NCBI GenBank assembly: GCA_001600695.1
Contig: BCKQ01000006.1
Span: 1 to 17,162, forward strand
DNA: 17,162 nt
Direction: 5' to 3'
Origin: Ascoidea asiatica JCM 7603
Lineage: Eukaryota; Fungi; Ascomycota
Shown here: positions 8,641 to 17,162 of the stretch, piece after piece
Layout of the letters: each line of letters opens with the position of its first letter
Numbering within the stretch: position 1 is the first letter of the stretch
Position numbers and translations under genes: made by a program
The notes under the pieces: model-generated
The model's database searches: none
Seen by the model: the letters and a program-made list of their open reading frames with translations, nothing else
Told to the model about the DNA's origin: nothing

Positions 8641-9237
8641 ATGAAAGTATATTATATTGGAATTATCAAACCCCTTAGTGAAAAAAGTGGTATTGAATTA
8701 ACCAGTGTTGGAAGTCTTGACTGGTCTTCTTCAAATATTTATCGAAAGTTTATGAAAAATAATGCAATATCTAAGTTTCCATTAAAGTCAAACTCAAGAT
8801 TTTCACTGAAAGAAGGAGAATTAAATTTTCATTTTTATTTCAATTCAGAATTTAATTTTTCAAAAGAAAGAAATCTTGTTCAAGATCAGTTAAATTATGA
8901 AATTCAAAAAAAAAATTTTCTTTGTATTGTACTTATTACAGATTTAGAATATCCAATATTTGAAGCTCATTCTTTATTAAAAATAATCTTGGATGATTAT
9001 TTTTTTCATTTATTCTTATCAGATCAAAAAGATGATTTACATAATATTTTTCATGAAAAGGATGTTCCAAAATCTTTAGAATTTCTTAAATTATATAAAT
9101 ATTTAGATAATTATCAGAATCCTGAAAATGTTACTAATTTTATGGAAACTTCACTGGTTTATAGTGTAGATTATGTTTGTCAAAATGTTAAAATCAATGA
9201 TATAATAACTTATGAAATTTTAGATCCCATATTCTGA
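8641..9237 (+). CDS. YKT6: Divergent Ykt6-like longin-domain protein lacking a recognisable R-SNARE core and C-terminal CCAAX box
   Basis: MKVYYIGIIK...IELTSV, VLITDLEYPIFEAHSLLKIILDDY and LYKYLDNYQNP parallel Ykt6 MRIYYIG...[30 protein letters not shown] and LDTYISKYQDP (recalled family sequence). No RGEKLD motif; ends ...LDPIF. Probably a paralogue, not the functional orthologue. Confidence 0.8.
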   Translation: MKVYYIGIIKPLSEKSGIELTSVGSLDWSSSNIYRKFMKNNAISKFPLKSNSRFSLKEGELNFHFYFNSEFNFSKERNLVQDQLNYEIQKKNFLCIVLITDLEYPIFEAHSLLKIILDDYFFHLFLSDQKDDLHNIFHEKDVPKSLEFLKLYKYLDNYQNPENVTNFMETSLVYSVDYVCQNVKINDIITYEILDPIF

Positions 9238-10331
9238 TAAACAATTATAGCAACAATTCCAAAAAAAAGTAGAAAAATTTTATTGGAAAAATATAATCAA
9301 GAAAGAAGTCTTTGTTTTTTTACTTCCCTATAAAAACTATCTTTTTTAAAAAATCAGTTCTTACAGTGATCTCGTAGAAAAACACTGAAATGTTATAGTT
9401 TGAAAGCTAATTTTCTCAGTGATATAATGAAAAAAATATACTTTTTTGTTGAACAAGTTCATTTTTATAGTTTAATAAACACCCTTTTTGTTTACAATTA
9501 AACTAATTATTTTATCCAAGAATAGTTTTCATTTATGAAAATATGTAATTCATGATTTATTCAAAGACTTTAACATCTCTGAGATGTAAAAATATGACTA
9601 ACTATTCATATTAACTGGCATTTTGAAAGCCATTTTTAAACTTTTTATCTGCCTATATAAAATTCAATCAATTTGCAGTTCTGAGGAAGCTTAAACGCTT
9701 GAATGCTTAATTATATGGATGTATTGAAGATCTGAAACTAAAAAAGTTTATTATCTTTTCTTTTATTTTATTTCCATACATTGAACTTTCTAAGTAGTTT
9801 AAAATAGTAGTTTCCTTAATGCAAAAATTATTTACTTTCATTATTTTTGTTTCAATTTATCGAGGTTCATCAGTTTGTTACCAAATTGATTTTGAATCTC
9901 AAGGTTTATATAACAGAAATACTTCTAAGTCAATGCTAATCAAACATTTTCTTTCAAGTTGAAACAACTGTTCAATCAGCTTTAAAAAAAGCTTTATATG
10001 ACTTAAATTATTTGGATGATCTTAAAATAATAAATTGGATTAACGTAATGATCTAGTTTATTTCTATCTTAATTCATGTTTGGAGACTTAATAAGGTTTG
10101 AAGAATTTTCGAAAATGTATAATATGATATGCATTAAATCAAGAATTTTAGAAACCAGAGGAAAAAGCTTTGGGTTCTCTTTTCCCGAATTAAAAGTCTT
10201 ACAACGTTTGAACTTTTTTAGATTTTCTTTATTATGCTAAAATGGTTCCACTTTATTGAAAATTTTGAAGTGATTGATATCAATTAATTAATCAATTTTT
10301 ATTTCATAATCTTCTAAGAAACCCAAAATTT

Positions 10332-10403
10332 AGAGTACCGTTAACTTAAAGTAGACTACTACTTAACTTTGGTCTCTCCAATTTTTTATTAAATAAACAG
10401 TTA
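10332..10403 (-). promoter_or_regulatory. Conserved upstream block of RBR-C (inverted homologue of 7237-7308)
   Basis: Minus strand reads TAACTGTT...GAGACCAAA...CGGTACTCT. Confidence 0.55.
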
Positions 10404-11242
10404 TTCCATAATTATTAAATGACTTGTATTTACCAAGTCTGCTTAATTGAATTGAATTGTTCATTATCCTTTAGCATAGAGTTTATACTGTTCTGCAGGA
10501 GATCCGCAATTTCGGTCTCGTTTTTTCCTTGGCAAATTTCCAGCAGGGTCCAAAAAGCGGTTATATTCACAAAAACGTTTCTGCATGCACAGTAGCTTAT
10601 ATTTTATGCCGGTTCCCGGATTAAGCCTCGAATTTCCAAGAGGCTTCGACTTCCGAAAGTGTCCGGTTAAGGTTTTCTCTGTTCTAAAATTCATAGCCAC
10701 TTCAACCATAAAATAGATCCAAAATGTCCCTTCTTTGAAACCACTAGAATATTCAAAACGATTATTGAACTGGAATTGAATGTGCTAAGAAACAACAAGG
10801 TGCCGTTGAAAGCTTTCTTCACCTTGCCTCCTTATTGTAGGATTTTTTGAATGCAATTACTTTCATCATTTTATAAGACAAAAAAAAAGCTTTTCAGTTA
10901 CTTTTAATTGAATTGAATAATAATAAATTCATTTTTGACTGAAAATATAGAACTATTATTTCAATATTCCGAAAAAATGAATAAATAATGTATAAGTAGT
11001 AACAGCCCCTTTGATATTTCTATTGGTAAGCATATAAAAATTATTCAAAAAAAATGAAGTTAATTCGCAATTATAATTAACTCTGAAATATAAATAGTAT
11101 AAATATTCTGTTTCTCAAACCATCATATATCGACTTAAATATTATAATATTGATTATATATATATATCAATCAATTGAGAAAAAGAAAATAATAAAAACA
11201 ATAAATACTTTTAGAATAATCAATTAATTAGATAAGATCAAA

Positions 11243-12826
11243 ATGTCTTTAGATTCTGTTTTACCACATTATTCAGAAAATTTTCCATTATCTGAAATTG
11301 CAAATTCAAATATTACAAATATACCTAGGGAAAATAATCCAAGATATAAAAATTTATGTGAAAAGGATGTATTAGATGAAATTGAAAATAAAAAATTAGA
11401 ATTGAATAAATTTTTAAAATTTGAGGAAAATGATTTAGATTCTATAGAATTGCTTTTATATTCATTCAATTTCAATTCGGATCTAACTATAAAAGAAATT
11501 AATAATTTAAATGATATACAAAAACTAGAATCAAAGCCAGAAGATAATAAAGATAATGAAATTGAATTACTCAAAAGCCATCAAAAGTTTTTTGTATCAT
11601 ATGGTATAATTCCAGATTATAATCAATCAAACTCAAAAATTGATTTAGGAAAAAGTAATTTCAATGATATAAATATAATAAATCACAAAGAATGTACAAT
11701 TTGTTTTGAAGAATATGAAAATTCAATGGATTTTGTATCATTAAAATGTAATCATAAATATTGTTATAGTTGCTACTATGAATATATTAAAACTTTATTT
11801 CAAAATAATTTAAATCCAATCATTTTATTAAAGTGTTTAAATCCATATTGTAAATTAAAATTTAATAAAAATCAATTAATTAAACTTTTTGAAAATAAAA
11901 AATTTTTTTTTAAAAATGATGCTAATGAAGTTGAAAAGATCAAAAAACTAAATGATTTAATCACAAATAGTTATAATAAAAAACTAATTGAGTTTTATAT
12001 AACTTCCTTGAATTCAAATATAAAATATTGTCCATATCCTGATTGTAATAAGTTTTTAAAATATCATAATTATAATTCAATACTAGAAAATAATGAATCA
12101 AATTTAAATTCCCAAAATGAATTTATTGTCAAATGCCTTAATAATCATCAATTTTGTTTTAATTGTAATTCAATTTCAAATCTTGAAAATAAATCAAATT
12201 TATCATGTTGTTTACCAAACAAAAATGTTGATATCAATTTCCTAAAATCTTTACATTATAAAAGTAAATTTTGTAAACCTTGTCCATATTGTGCAAAATT
12301 AATTGAAAAAAATAGAGGTTGTGATATAATAGCTTGTGTATCATGTAAGGGAAAATTTGGATGGTCAAAACAAGCTTATTTCGAAATTCCTAATGAATAC
12401 AAAGAAGTTTATCTAAATTATTTTACTAAACCGGAAAATAGGATGACTTATCCAAATCATAATGAACGAACTAGAAGTGCAAGATATATTGAAAATTTTT
12501 ATCTTCTCCTAGGCTTGGCAATGATATTAGGACTTGCAGGTATTTGTTCTATGATTCCTACATTATATTGGTATGGAATCGAAAAAAATAAAATAAGTTT
12601 AATTGCTTTTATAAGTTCTGCAGAATTATCTTTAACTTTTTTGGGTTTCCAATCATGTAGTATGAATCATGGTAATTGTTTCTATTTTTTAATTTTGTTT
12701 TCCAAGATTTCAAGTTCTATTATTTGTGGAATTTATCATTCACCTTTATGGGCATTAATACTCTCTGTTATTCAAACAAGTTTTTTAATTCTGGCAAAAA
12801 TATACATATCTTATTTTCAACATTAA
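11243..12826 (+). CDS. RBR-type E3 ubiquitin ligase paralogue C (Ariadne/HEL1-derived) with four C-terminal hydrophobic helices
   Basis: 527 aa. ELLLYSFNFNSD segment, RING1 from C151 (CTIC...CNHKYCYSC...CLNPYC), IBR CPYPDC...CLNNHQFCFNC, RING2-like CPYCAKLIEKNRGCDIIACVSC (C360, no His), hydrophobic helices from about aa 419 to the end. Confidence 0.92.
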   Translation: MSLDSVLPHYSENFPLSEIANSNITNIPRENNPRYKNLCEKDVLDEIENKKLELNKFLKFEENDLDSIELLLYSFNFNSDLTIKEINNLNDIQKLESKPEDNKDNEIELLKSHQKFFVSYGIIPDYNQSNSKIDLGKSNFNDINIINHKECTICFEEYENSMDFVSLKCNHKYCYSCYYEYIKTLFQNNLNPIILLKCLNPYCKLKFNKNQLIKLFENKKFFFKNDANEVEKIKKLNDLITNSYNKKLIEFYITSLNSNIKYCPYPDCNKFLKYHNYNSILENNESNLNSQNEFIVKCLNNHQFCFNCNSISNLENKSNLSCCLPNKNVDINFLKSLHYKSKFCKPCPYCAKLIEKNRGCDIIACVSCKGKFGWSKQAYFEIPNEYKEVYLNYFTKPENRMTYPNHNERTRSARYIENFYLLLGLAMILGLAGICSMIPTLYWYGIEKNKISLIAFISSAELSLTFLGFQSCSMNHGNCFYFLILFSKISSSIICGIYHSPLWALILSVIQTSFLILAKIYISYFQH

Positions 12827-13148
12827 GTTTCTACTTGATAACTCAACCCTATATTTTACCCTATTATTATTTTAAATATTTCTTTTTGTTTCTAATACAC
12901 TTTTTTAACCTTGATAAATTCCTAGACACTTAAATTAGTTCCCAGTGGTGCGATTGATCTTGGGTTATCAGACCTAAAAATAAGATTAGTAATGCCAAAT
13001 TAAGTTATAAACAGAATGTCAGACTCCATCAACCACCAACAAAGTGTCTGGCTTTCTCAATAAAATAGTAAAACAAGTATAATTCAACGAAACTCTTTAT
13101 TTGAATAAAATTTAAATTAAAATACAGGAATTTCATTTCATCCTCCAT

Positions 13149-13188
13149 TTCATCTTTACATTCATCTTTACATTCATCTTTACATTCA
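13149..13188 (-). repeat. Mirror copy of the 12-bp tandem repeat
   Basis: Reverse complement of 3975-4014, same copy number. Confidence 0.9.
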
Positions 13189-13306
13189 GAAAAATCAAAA
13201 ATCGTAAGTTTTACCAGACTCCGATTACCATTTCGAACATAGGTTTGAATAAAATCACCCAAATTTACATAACCTCATAAACAAAAATATACTCTTCATT
13301 CATAAA

Positions 13307-14089
13307 TCATACACCATGACTTATCAACTTGTCAAGCAATATAAGAAATTCATCTTGCTTTATGGGCTTATTGGAAAATCTTAGTCTTTCATACAACAGA
13401 ATAAGCTCTTCCGCTTTCTGACCATTATCGTCATTACAGCCATTATGACTAGTATGATTATTGGAATTACTGAGATTATTGTGTTTATCACTTATCATTT
13501 CTCGGAATGACATTTTAACTCCATTGATATCCACCACTTTACTCTCGGCCATTGTTTTACCAATGGAAATAAGAACTTCCTCGTATGGTAAACTCGTAGG
13601 TAGCACATCTGATATGATCTCTTTCTCAGATAAACAGATATTGTTGATCACCGGATTACTAAGACCATCATGTTGGATAACACCTCTGGGAGTTTCTTTA
13701 TTATTTCCACTCCTAATATCTTTCTTATCTCTGATCACTGGATTGACAGAGTAATTGTATATTCGTCCACTCTTCACCATTGCTTCCTTTATACTAACCA
13801 ACATATCATGCGGGAGATCGTTTTCTTCCAATGGAATGTATCTCTTGGGAATCTCCTGCAATGTCTTTCTCAAATTGAATAACCTGTAACTGGTCAAGAA
13901 AAGAAAAAACACCACAAACACCACACATGAAATGATTGCAATGAATGTATTGAAGGCAGAGTTGTAGTGGGCAGCTTTGACTCTAATTATAATATCCAAT
14001 GGAGCTACAGTGCAAAAGGCAATGAAGATGATGAATCCCACCACCGAGGCTCCTCTATAAACAACCAATGCAATCTGTCCCATTGCCAT
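13307..14089 (-). CDS. DLT1: Defect at low temperature protein 1 (second, identical copy)
   Basis: Identical translation to 3074-3856. Confidence 0.88.
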   Translation of the reverse strand: MAMGQIALVVYRGASVVGFIIFIAFCTVAPLDIIIRVKAAHYNSAFNTFIAIISCVVFVVFFLFLTSYRLFNLRKTLQEIPKRYIPLEENDLPHDMLVSIKEAMVKSGRIYNYSVNPVIRDKKDIRSGNNKETPRGVIQHDGLSNPVINNICLSEKEIISDVLPTSLPYEEVLISIGKTMAESKVVDINGVKMSFREMISDKHNNLSNSNNHTSHNGCNDDNGQKAEELILLYERLRFSNKPIKQDEFLILLDKLISHGV

Positions 14090-14399
14090 TTTGATGAATG
14101 ACTCTTATTCTAAATCTTGTTACTGTTCTTTCTCTTCTTTATCCATTGTCATTCAATTGATCATTTCATTACCTACTAGTACCGGTAGCAGACTCATTCA
14201 CCACTTGCATTTATCGCTTTTCTCAGCTTCAATTTGCAATGCTCGATAAGCAAAAGCAAGAGCAGCACCGCAAACACGGTCTCTATTCGGATATCGTTCA
14301 AAATAAAGAATATATGAAACACGATAACTTGCCTACTCTACAATAATCATTATATTTGTTTCTATTTCTACTTCTATTTCTATGAAAATTATCTAGGTA

Positions 14400-15737
14400 C
14401 TATATCAATGTCAAACTAAGTTTATTCAAATTCAATTCACCTGATGTGTTTTTCTTGGAAGACGAATATTCAATAGCTAAGAAACTCCATATTGAATCAG
14501 TCAACAATTTACCAAACCCAATTGCAAAAACCAAATTGATTGCATAAAAGAAATTCGAATTACCACTTCCACTGTAAATCCATAAATAATAAAAAATCGG
14601 ACTTAAAATAACAGAATGTAAAATAATAAGAATTGAAAAAATAGGAAATTTCAAAAATTTGATCAAATTCTCCAAATTTAATATTAGAATTACTATTAGA
14701 TTTAAAATAAAACTAAAATCATTTAATGAAGGATATGATTTAGTTAAATTGATTAATCCTAGATTGATGACCATTGAAAATAAACCAGCTGGAATTGAAC
14801 CTGAATTGATATTATGAAATCTAATTGTCAATGGAATCACAAATATCAAATTGAATATGTTGAATACACCAATGTAGAAATCATTGAAGAATTCAAAAAT
14901 CTCAGTGAAGAAATACCACCATAGACCAATATTGGGTTGATTTTTTCTGAAAAAGATTATGGTACCATAAGTGGAGTCAATAAAGTTCCAGTTACTATCA
15001 TTCAAGTAATATGAATAATATAATAAGGATAGTATTGTTGCAGTGAAATAAAAACATATTTTACATACCAAAGCCAAATTCAGCTTCAGCTTCCCGGATT
15101 TATTCAGCTTCCTGGATTCATTCAAATTCAAACATATGGATATTAATGGAATCACCAAAAACAATGGATAATATGATAAGTATGAGCTTATGCCTAGTGA
15201 AATTGAAGCCAATATTGGAGACTTTAGAATAATTATTGAATATATTGAGGTTGTGATGAATAGATTGGAGAATATTATTGTAGATTTGGATAACAAACAT
15301 AGTATACTCAAGGGATTCAAACTCAAAAACAATATCAAGATTAAATTTGATCGGGATTTATTGTTCTTCTTATTCTTGTTGGAACTCGTCTGAAAATAAT
15401 CATTTAACTGGAGTAATTGAGATATTATTATGAAATCAGACAAACAGTAGATAAAGTTTATGAATAGGAAGTTGTAATTGGATGTAGATGAGTAGAAAAG
15501 TTTCATGAAATGAAGCAATATGGGAGTGTTATGGACATTTCCTCCATTGTATATATCAATTGAGGAATCATAGTTGTTGTAGGTGGAAAGTAGAAATAAT
15601 CCCTCTTGAAGAGATTTGAAACTTGTGACAGGTGTTGAGAACTCCACCAACTTGTCTAGAAAATTATGGGAAAAGTCATTTAAGGAATTGAGAAGAATGA
15701 GTTTGAATACTGAAGCAGCTATGGGTATCATAAACAT
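14400..15737 (-). CDS. GAB1: GPI transamidase subunit PIG-U / Gab1 (second, identical copy)
   Basis: Identical translation to 1426-2763. Confidence 0.95.
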   Translation of the reverse strand: MFMIPIAASVFKLILLNSLNDFSHNFLDKLVEFSTPVTSFKSLQEGLFLLSTYNNYDSSIDIYNGGNVHNTPILLHFMKLFYSSTSNYNFLFINFIYCLSDFIIISQLLQLNDYFQTSSNKNKKNNKSRSNLILILFLSLNPLSILCLLSKSTIIFSNLFITTSIYSIIILKSPILASISLGISSYLSYYPLFLVIPLISICLNLNESRKLNKSGKLKLNLALVCKICFYFTATILSLLYYSYYLNDSNWNFIDSTYGTIIFFRKNQPNIGLWWYFFTEIFEFFNDFYIGVFNIFNLIFVIPLTIRFHNINSGSIPAGLFSMVINLGLINLTKSYPSLNDFSFILNLIVILILNLENLIKFLKFPIFSILIILHSVILSPIFYYLWIYSGSGNSNFFYAINLVFAIGFGKLLTDSIWSFLAIEYSSSKKNTSGELNLNKLSLTLI

Positions 15738-16345
15738 GGTGGTTATTTGATGAGATTGTCTTTATGTAAATGGTATTTTTTCTATTTCCAGGTCCTTTAC
15801 AAGGTTCAATGGTGATAAAGATGCAATTGGAGATTCAGAACCATTTTCTTTTCAGCTGGCTTTTAAGACTTATCCACAGTTGATTGGGCGGTGTGGCAAA
15901 ACATGGCGTATTGTTTTTTTTTTTTAGTTTCGTTTTTGTATCCAACTTCACGGGTCTCCTTCTGTGCTTGTCCATTTTGCATTTGTGTTTATTTGTGTTT
16001 ATTTATGTTGTTCAGGGATTAAGGTTTAGCTTGCTTTGCTCCTTTGTTTAAGTTAGAGCTTTCCTCATGGCTAGCTTTAACTATTGATGGTAACATTATT
16101 ATAATGTGTGTTATATTCATTCAATTCAAGCTTGCAACTGCTAATATTCAATTGATTATAAAAGATACTGTTAATACAAAGATAAATATGAAATGTGCTT
16201 TTTTTTCTCGAAGATTTCAGATTTTTCCTTTCAGTTAATATTCTCAAACTTCTAATGTTCTATATTAATAACATATAGTATTACTTTAAATACTTTTTTT
16301 TTTATATATTAACCACTTTAATCTATTTTAACTATTTTTTCAACA
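15738..16345. promoter_or_regulatory. Mirror copy of the GAB1 / RBR-A divergent promoter region
   Basis: Reverse complement of 818-1425. Confidence 0.6.
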
Positions 16346-17162
16346 ATGTCATCAACAGCAAAAAAATTTCCTTTAAAATCAACGAAGGAACCTATCTAAA
16401 ATGTTTCGAGCATTCCTCAACCTAATTATAAAAATATGACTGAAGAAGATGTAATAAATGAAATTAATTCAAAAATATTAAACCTAAATGAAACTTTAAA
16501 ATTTGGAAAATCTAATATTTATTTGCTTCAATTATTATTCTATAAATATAATTTTAATTCTAATAAAATTATTGATGATTTGAATCATTTATATGCTGAA
16601 GATGAGAATAATTTTGAAACTAATCATCTTATTATAAACAAATATTGTATTGAAAATGGTATAATCCCAAATAAATCTAAGTCAACTAAAATTAATGACA
16701 TGGAGCTTAAAGAGACAAACAAAAATGAATGTCAAATTTGTTTTGAGAACAACTTGAAGGATATTGATTTGATTGGTTTAAAATGTAATCATGAATATTG
16801 TTATAAATGCTATAGTCATTATATTATAAATATATTTAAAAATAATTTAAATCCTATTAATTCTCTAGTTTGTATTGAACCTGGATGTCTTTTAAGGTTC
16901 AATAAAAAAGATATTATTGAATTATTCAAAAATCATAAAAAATTATATTTAAATTCAAAGAATGGGTTTTTTCAATTAAATACTATTATTCAAAAAGAAT
17001 ATCCAAAAAAACTCATTGAGTTTTATATAAATTCTACACTTTCAGATATTAAACCATGTCAAAATCCTATTTGTGATAATAAATATATAAAATATTTTAA
17101 TTTTCATGAAATTCAAAATAATATCAATAAAAATACTAATAAATATAATACTATTACTAAAA
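16346..17162 (+). CDS. RBR-type E3 ligase paralogue A, second copy, 3' end outside the window; TAA at 16397-16399, open frame from Met at 16436
   Basis: Mirror of 1-817. 242 uninterrupted codons from 16436 to the edge encode the UBA-like segment, intact RING1 and the start of the IBR. Confidence 0.85.

Larger units (their letters stand above)
13002..17162. repeat. Right arm of the large inverted repeat
   Basis: Begins AAGTTATAAACAGAATGTCAG (13002) and mirrors 4161 back to 1, up to the last base of the window. Confidence 0.98.

Noticed and set aside
12938-12975. tRNA-like 5' segment (CCCAGTGGTGCGATTG) beside the inner repeat junction; B-box-like GGTTCGAAAC near 4527
   Set aside because: Neither folds into a cloverleaf, and A-box and B-box are not paired at either site.
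4162-13001. Mating-type flip/flop locus
   Set aside because: The architecture is similar, but no MATa/MATalpha-type protein (HMG, alpha-box, homeodomain) or usual neighbours such as SLA2 or DIC1 are recognisable.
925-16238. Other short ORF-track entries (925-1119, 1770-1973, 1863-2045, 3281-3493, 3409-3702, 5925-6227, 7294-7563, 7357-7539, 7734-7946, 10464-10709, 11269-11574, 12676-12933 and mirrors)
   Set aside because: Short, mostly antisense or off-frame shadows of real genes or promoter sequence, some with non-ATG starts, and no recognisable motifs.
1-17162. DNA transposon, linear killer plasmid or virus-like element with terminal inverted repeats
   Set aside because: No transposase, recombinase, DNA/RNA polymerase or terminal protein. 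The arms consist of ordinary nuclear genes.

Overview
AT-rich eukaryotic DNA, most likely a budding yeast (Saccharomycotina, inferred from intronless GAB1, DLT1, YKT6-like and Ariadne/HEL1-like genes). The window is an interrupted palindrome. Positions 1-4161 and 13002-17162 are reverse complements (paired coordinates sum to 17163, no difference seen) around an 8,840-bp unique core (4162-13001). Each arm holds GAB1 (PIG-U), DLT1 and the 5' part of an RBR E3-ligase gene with an in-frame stop at codon 18. The core holds two more outward-facing RBR paralogues, a decayed older copy of the GAB1-DLT1 unit, and a central YKT6-derived longin-only gene. The two complete RBR proteins are unusual: Ariadne-type N-terminus, RING1, an altered IBR, a RING2 lacking its second zinc site, and a four-helix hydrophobic C-terminus instead of the Ariadne domain. 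The best candidate for a new system is this family of membrane-anchored RBR ligases in a repeatedly duplicated, potentially invertible cassette. An assembly artefact for the perfect arms cannot be excluded from this sequence alone.
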